Shown: one piece after another, positions 56,941-64,000 of the stretch
Layout: the number at the start of each line of letters is the position of its first letter
Numbering within the stretch: the first letter of the stretch is position 1
NCBI RefSeq assembly: GCF_009914755.1
Contig: NC_060935.1
Source of the DNA: the human T2T-CHM13v2.0 reference genome, Homo sapiens
Direction: 5' to 3' (one strand)
Length of the DNA: 64,000 nucleotides
Position numbers and translations under genes: made by a program
Notes under the pieces: model-generated
The model's input: the letters and a program-made list of their open reading frames with translations, nothing else
Told to the model about the DNA's origin: nothing
The model's database searches: none

Positions 56941-58189
56941 AGAGCAAAGTATTTCCTAATTAAGGTGTATGCATTGGGTTTTTTTAGACATAATACTATT
57001 AAAAACTTAATAGACTACAGTACAGTACAGTAACTTATATGCACTGGGAAAACAAAAAAATTGTGTGACTTGCTTCATTGCAGTATTCACTTTATTGCTG
57101 TGGTCTGGAACTGAATCCACAATATCTCTGAGGTATCACTTACAGCCAACTACTCTAAAAGGAAAACTTGCCTGAGTTATGGGAATGGTTTGTAAACATT
57201 ATGCTACATGAGGTTAATGCCAAGTGTCTCACGGGGTCTTTTAAGATTTAAATAAGCCAATGAATAAAGAGTACTGCATCTGTTTGCTCGTTCATCTTCT
57301 TCCTTTTACTTGCACATCGATCCTACCCTGAGTTTTGCCATGGCCAAGGAAACTATTTAATTCAACAGACCTATACCCCAATATTAAGTGATGCCATATG
57401 TAAGTAAATCAATACATGTTTCTCTTTTAATTGAAGAAAAGCCAACCATAGTTATCCCAGGAGTAAAACTTCAGTGTAATTTGTTTACAAAGTTGAAAGT
57501 AAAATATGCCCAAAGCATCTTTTTTTCATTTTTGATCCTTTTATTAGGAAATATTAGCAACACTTGAAACTGTGTTGATGTTAGTACTGAGAGCATATTT
57601 AAGAAGGAAAAAGAGAACTAAGTTTAAATGTTCATTGAAATCTTCCTAACCTACCCTTGACTTTCTTCACTTTCATGAGGTTGAGGGAAGGGTAGGAGTT
57701 TCAGAGATGGCTCAAACGAGAAAAACTGCACCACAGACTCTGGAAATTTCTGAATTTAATATTTGAGGGCAATATAGAAGGGCCAGACTATGAAGTAACT
57801 CTTAAGACCATTCAGCAAGAATCTGAATCATGGGTCACAAAGCTAGTGTCCTGGAGCAAGTCATTTAGTGGGTGAGTTTAATTGATCATCTAGTCTCTCA
57901 AGGATATGATTTCTACTCTGTATTCAATGACTTTCATGGAGTTATAAGAGAAAATTGTTGCTTGGTGACAAGAAAGCCAACTTCTAGTTCTGATATTGAA
58001 AGCAGAGAGGTATAAGAAAGCAATGACTTATTCAGAAAACACAACTTGTGGATACATTAAAGAATAGGGAGTGCATAGGGATAGCTGGTATCAGCTGCAA
58101 ACCAGAACTTCAGGTATGCTAGAAATGTGATTGTAAACTTAACTTCTATTTCAGTCCCCCATTCCAACTAGTGATATAAAATTAATCTC

Positions 58190-58331
58190 ATAATATTTTC
58201 AGTATATTGGGTTAAGTAAAAATGTATTATTAAAATTAATTTCACCCATCTCTTTTTATATTTTTTATGTGGCTGCTAGAAAATTTAAAATTACATATGT
58301 GGCTTATATTATATCTCTGTTGGACAGTTCT
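58190..58331. mobile_element. MER3/MER33-like hAT-Charlie fragment
   Basis: 'tatattgggttaa.taaaa...ttaaaattaatttcacc...atgtggct.ctagaaaatttaaaattacatatgtggct...ttggacag'. Confidence 0.8.
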
Positions 58332-58434
58332 GGTCTATGTTATTTAGAATACTTTATTGCTGGAGTACGCAAATGAATTATTCAGTGGACTATAAAAACT
58401 GGTCAGCTGTAAGATGTTTTAGTTGATGCCAAAC

Positions 58435-58724
58435 TTTTTTTTTTTTTTTTGGATACAGGGTCTAGTTCAGTCACCCAGGCTGGAATGCAGTGGTTTGATC
58501 ATAACTCACTAAACCTAGGCTCAAGCAATCCTCCTGCCTCAGCCTCCCCAGTAACTGGGATCACAGGCATACGTCACCACACTCAGCTATTTTTTTTAAT
58601 ATTTTGTATAGATGAGGTCTCACTATGTTGTCCAGGCTGGTCTGGAACTTCTGGGCCCAAGCAATCCTCCTGCCTTAGCCTTCCAAAGTGCTGGGATTAC
58701 AGATGTGAGCCACAATGCCTGGCA
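58435..58724 (-). mobile_element. AluJ
   Basis: 'ggctcaagcaatcctcctgcctcagcc', 'gtctcactatgttgtccagg'; degenerate TSD atg(c/t)caaa(c/g)ttt. Confidence 0.92.
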
Positions 58725-58752
58725 TATGTCAAAGTTTAAAAAAAAAAAAATA

Positions 58753-59067
<315 letters not shown>

Positions 59068-59509
59068 TTAAAAACTTAATCTCAACGAGTTTGGCTATGT
59101 GCCCTCAAACCCCATCCACCTGTGATACACACATCCTCTTTTCTAGAGATCATGTGTAAGTTCCAGAAGATTTTCATGGCACCAAAGCTTTGGAGAAAGA
59201 AGACAACTAGCCTTTGCTTGTCATACAGTAATGCAAGTATGCATCGTGACCATCCATCATTCCATGTGATCCTCAGCCCTTAAGCCGTTGGGTTATTGCC
59301 AGGTTATAACCATTTGATGGCCCCTTCAGGTATGTCTCTTTCTGTTACACCTATGCCATGGCCAATGTCATAGGAAATATTCCCATGGGATATGAGTACA
59401 TTGTGAGGCTAGCTAAAGCCCAGCTACCTTCTAGACAAATTACACAAATATTTGCTCCCATGATATGCTGAAGTCTTGCCACCTTTTATGGTTCTACTGA
59501 GAAAAGTTG

Positions 59510-60024
59510 TTACAATAAGTTGCATGTTTGGTCCAATTCTTTGTATCTTCCTCTACCCACAGCTTTTGCCATGTGACTTTGCAGTTCCTCCCACTAAAGG
59601 GATAGATTCTATTTCTCTGTTTCTTGACTTTGAATTTTGCCTCATGACTGGCCTTGGCTAATCAAATGAGATTAAAGGAACAGTGTGCCAGCTCCATGCA
59701 TAGGCCTTGAGAGGCTTTGCTTGTTTCCATTCACTCTCTTGCACCTCTGCTATAGCAAAGAGAAGAATATGCTGAGGCTATCTCACTGGTCTAAGGATGA
59801 GAAACATGTGGAGCAGAGCCAAGCTTCTCTAGTGAGTCCAAGCTAAATCATCTGATCACCAGCCAACACAGAGACATGTGAACAAGCCCAGCTGAACTAA
59901 GCAGAGTTCAAACCAAGCTCAAACCAATCAATCTCAGACATCCCCATCCAATCCACAGATGCAGGAGTTAAGTAAATGCTCATTGTTGGGCATGTTTCGT
60001 ATGTAACAGTAATTAACCAGTATA
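59510..60024 (+). mobile_element. MaLR LTR (MLT1G/H-type)
   Basis: 'ttgccatgtgactttgcagttcctcccactaaag', 'taggccttgagaggc.ttgc', 'atgagaaacatgtggagcagagc'. Confidence 0.72.
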
Positions 60025-61979
60025 ACACCAGAGTTCCAACTTCCTGACAAAAGCTCAAACTTATCTATTGGATTTTTTTTTTCCCAGAGATAAGCAAATG
60101 GTAGACAAGATATAGAGCCCAAAGAAATGTCATTTTCTACATTTTCCTCTTTCCTCTTCATTTCTCCTCCTCTCTCCAGTTCCAGAGGTCTCGTCCAGGT
60201 TGTAGTTAGAAGCTTTGCCCCCACTCATTATTTAGTCTCTTTGAGACACAGATTATTTGTTTTAACCGCATTCTATTGTGTCAGTCCTTCTATAAGACAG
60301 TAAGCTTGAAATTCCTTATCTGAGTGAATGGAGGCTAAAAGTATAAGGAATGGGAGGTGAAGGAGGAAATGTCCCTTAATATTACAAAATAGTATCCAAT
60401 CATATTTGCTAGGGCAGAATTTGCTAATATGGGAGTTTTATAATGGCTTAGAACCCTCAAAGTGTCAATGCATATAGGGCTCCCGAAAGGAAGTTCCCTC
60501 TTTCATACCAGGTACATTTGGAGGGTGTGTCATTAAAAAAAGTTTCCCCCCTTCGCCCTGAGGCAGAGTAGGAAATAGCAGAGATTTGTCTCAGGGGTAC
60601 TGGAGGGATCCTCAGTCCACAAATGTCTTCCCTGCTTGCATGTATTTGAAATTCAAAATTCCTCATTTCGATTTTGTCCTTTTGCATACCTATTTTGTTC
60701 TTCAAGATTCCCAGATGATGATAATATCCCAAGTTTTTAGCAGGGAATAATCCCCCCTTGAGTAATGGAAACAGCATCATCTGAGATCAAAACACTCCAT
60801 CCTGGGTCTGCCACTGGCCAGCTGGTCAATTTGTTAAAGTCAGTCCATCTTTAGGTGTCAGATTCCCTATCTATAAAATAAAAGGTCTGGACTGCTGCTC
60901 TTTATGACCCCAAAATCCCAGAGTCCTAAAACACTGTGCCCTATAATACAACTGAGAGATTGTTCTAGAGAAAAGAAGATAAGACAGATTGAAAAGAGGA
61001 TGGAGAAGGAGTGAGTGTGGGGACAAGAGAAGGCAGGATTCAAGAAGGGTTTGGTTAAAAGGGAGGCTAGAGGGCCTCCACATTCAAGCTTTGCCTATTT
61101 TCTTATTTTATCCCCAGCTGCTTCACCTCTCCCCACTCCATCCCCTTGTCTCCAGCTGCAAAGACAGGTGTGCAACCCAGAGACCCAGATGGATAAGTTT
61201 ACACAAGCCACCTATTATGATGGCAGCTCCAACTTCCCTCCCCACACCTTTTTACCCCACCCAGACCACTCTCCATCCTTTGTGGCCTGTATATCATCTT
61301 TATAGGCTCGGGTACTAAAAACCAGGAAATTATTAAAGCCAGGTCTGGTAATTCCACTGAACTTGACAGCTCATTAAGAAGATTCATTCTAAATACATTC
61401 CGATCAGCTCTGGCTCCTTCCCCGGGCCTGAAAGATAGCAGCTAGTCACACAAAGAAGAGAAAAACCTGGCTTTGTTATATCAGCCCCCTCAGCCTACCT
61501 CTAAGGCTGCCAGGGACTCCTATTGAGTTTCTTTGGTATACAACCCTCAGAGGAGGAGCTGGAATTGTAAATCCCAGTAGCCAGTCCTCTCACCTTGCAA
61601 CATCTCTTCTTTAAAAGATACTTTTGAAGAGTTGTGTGTAACTTACATATGGCTTGCTTATTTCTTGCATGTAATTGACTAATTTTCTGTCAGTTCTTAG
61701 TCACTTCTCAAATTGATGTTTTAGCACTATTTTTCCTTTGAGGGTTGTGTGTCTTGATTTTATTTCTTAGAGTCTATGTATTATAAATGACCATAAGCTT
61801 CTTCACATCAAATGTAAAGAGCAGAAGTCAAGAAGATAAAGAAAGCCAATCGATGTTTAAGGCCACCTATCTAGTGGTGTTCTAACTGGTATATAGTAAG
61901 GCACTTGATTTTTTTTTTTTAATGAGTGAATGAATGAACAAACCCTCACTACAAGTAAGATCCTAACTAGAAGTTTGTA

Positions 61980-62352
61980 CTGATCAGTTGCTGCTGCATT
62001 ACAAACAATCACAAACACCATAGTGTCATACAATATTCAATGTTTATTATTAACGTATGTCTGGCTATGCCTCATGTGTCTCATTCTGGGGATGAGGCTG
62101 GAGGAGCAGCAGCTACCTAAACATGTTCTTCTTGGGATCGAGTTCAGAAGCTCCCTGCGGGGTGAGTAGAAAGAGCAATACCTCTTCAAGGCTGAGGCTC
62201 AGAAGTGGTACCTTGTCACTTCAACCCACATTCCATTGGCCAAAGCAAACTGTACAGCCAAGTCGAATATCAATGTGTGGGAAATTCTTCTCCTCCCATG
62301 GAAGACGTGGGGGGAAGGGAATGAATATGTGCCCCAAAATAAGCTAATCTAT
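61980..62352 (-). mobile_element. Old MaLR LTR fragment (MLT1I/J-type)
   Basis: 'tgctgctgcattacaaacaa.cacaaa', 'ggctcagaagtggt....gtcacttc..cccacattccattggccaaagcaa'. Confidence 0.62.
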
Positions 62353-62842
62353 CAAATACTCCAAATATAAAATGGAAGCGACTGCAGCTGCCCTGGTTGA
62401 TGGTTGAGACAAGCCAGCCCAGAATCATCCCCCAAATCTCGTTTGTCTCTCCTGCCTCCTATGGTGGTTCCTGGGCTACTTCATCAGAAACTAGTGCTCC
62501 AAAGGACACAACTTTACAATAAAAGCAAGTACTTACATTTTCCCTGGATATGATACTGCAAGTACCAGGTTCACAAGTGGGGATTGAATTCTAGGCTGAG
62601 ATAACATAATAAACAAAAGATGTTTTTAAAACATTTTCTCCCTAGCTCTAAGTACCATTCTTGGCACATTGTAAGTAGGTGACAATTAATGTTTCCAAAA
62701 AGGTGAATAAAAATCATAGTGAAAACATAAACTTAACAGTCACTTGGCTAAAGAGTCTATAAAACTTTCAGCTAGTTTTACAGTTTAAATTTATCACAAA
62801 CACCATTGGTACTTATAAAGTATACGGATAAAGTTCAAGAGA

Positions 62843-63170
62843 GCTTGTGTGCTTCTTGGAGCCCTGCCACCGCCATGTGAACAAGCTCAGGCCAGGCTGC
62901 TGGAAAATGAAAGACCACGTGGCTGAGTGTCTAACCAAGGCCACTCTAGACCAGCAACTATAGCTGGTTTACTTCCAAACGTCTAAGAAAGCAATGCCAA
63001 GATCTACAGAGCTGCCTACCTGGCCCACAGCTAACCATGGATGCATCAGTGTATCCAGTTGAGACCAAAGGAACTATTCAGCTGACTCATAGACCCATGA
63101 GCAGTAATAAATGCATACTATTTTAAGACACTGGGTTTGGGGTGATTGGTTGCCTTAGCAATAGACAGTG
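62843..63170 (+). mobile_element. MaLR LTR 3' half (MLT1G/H-type)
   Basis: 'ccgccatgtgaacaagc.caggc.aggctgctgga', 'taataaatg...tattttaagacactgggtttgggg'. Confidence 0.7.
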
Positions 63171-63902
63171 GATGCAGCTATAGCTGTTTTCTTACTATCT
63201 TTATGTAGGTGCTGGGATTGGTTATAAAGAAAGACAAAGGAAGTGATAAGAATATAAAACGAAGTTAAACTGGAAGTTTTAATTGAGGTAGTGAGAAAAG
63301 ATAGCCCTCAGCTACCAAAAGAGGCTGTGATATATACTAACAAGTAAATAGTTCAAAGTAGAGGTCCTAGAAACTCCTTAGATATCACCAGATTGAGGGC
63401 ATAAAAGAGTGCTGAATAGAGATGGAGAAATATTTTTGTGAGAATTATTTTCTTAGAGCATGTTCTCCAAGGGCTATAGTGGATTGCCTGCTTCTGTCCT
63501 CCAATACAGTGTGAGGAATGTGAATTGGACGGTTTGGAGGCGTGACACATTGAAAACATGGCGGATTAGTGTCCACCTCAGTCTTACCCAGGAAATCCAG
63601 AGTGCAAGAGTTGAGTTGGTGAGTGCTATGGTATTGTAGCCTGGAGACTTGCTGTATTTTGTGATTGGCATATACTCTTAATTTTTCTTTTAAGAAAAAA
63701 CATGTGGGAGTGTTTCCCCCCATGGACTTGATGTGGGTTCTGCATGTAGGATAGCCAGTGTAGGGGTCATCTTAGATCTATTCAAAAAGGGCTCCCTAGA
63801 GGGCAACTGCACCCCAATAGACAGCATCTGGAAGCAGATACTAGATTCATGGGATAGCAGAGGGAGTAAGCAACTACTGAAATAGAATATATTTGCCTTG
63901 GT

Positions 63903-64000
63903 CAGTGGTTCTCAGCCATGGGGAATTTCACCCCTCAGGAGACATATAGCTATGATTGGAGACATTTTTGGTTGTTACAACTGGAGAGGTTCTGCTAGCA
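63903..64000 (+). mobile_element. MER20 (hAT-Charlie), cut by the window edge
   Basis: 'cagtggttctca...cccctcaggagacat....a.tg..tggagacatttttggttgttacaactgg'. Confidence 0.85.

Larger units (their letters stand above)
53538..57140 (+). mobile_element. Full-length Tigger1 DNA transposon, split by an L1MA
   Basis: TA + CAGGCATACCTC left TIR; right end '...aatatctctgaggtat' with degenerate tip; ~2.4 kb after removing 55737-56940. Confidence 0.92.

Overview
This is AT-rich, CpG-poor primate genomic DNA, probably hominoid or human given the L1PA4 and AluY copies. It is intronic or intergenic and dominated by transposable elements; no recognisable protein-coding gene, RNA gene or prokaryotic system is present. 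The long ORFs in the track are L1 ORF1/ORF2 or Tigger1 transposase remnants; many shorter ones are chance frames through Alu, LTR or microsatellite sequence. The main structures are: (1) a full-length L1PA4-like element (18463-24610, minus strand) nested, with a 12-bp TSD, inside a full-length L1PA8A-like element (17815-30213); (2) a full-length Tigger1 split by an L1MA; (3) many solo MaLR/ERVL LTRs, several with intact 5-bp TSDs; (4) nine Alus, plus MIR, L2 and MER fragments. The most unusual signals lie outside standard repeat annotation and look like local templated inversions or duplications. One is a 33-bp stem whose loop encloses one of two paralogous acceptor/6-nt/donor units (candidate microexon or recursive splice site). 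Others are a 27/28 inverted repeat about 1.15 kb apart and a ~215-bp inverted copy of the Tigger1 end plus flank. Subfamily names come from recalled consensus features rather than a RepeatMasker run, and boundaries of old elements are approximate.
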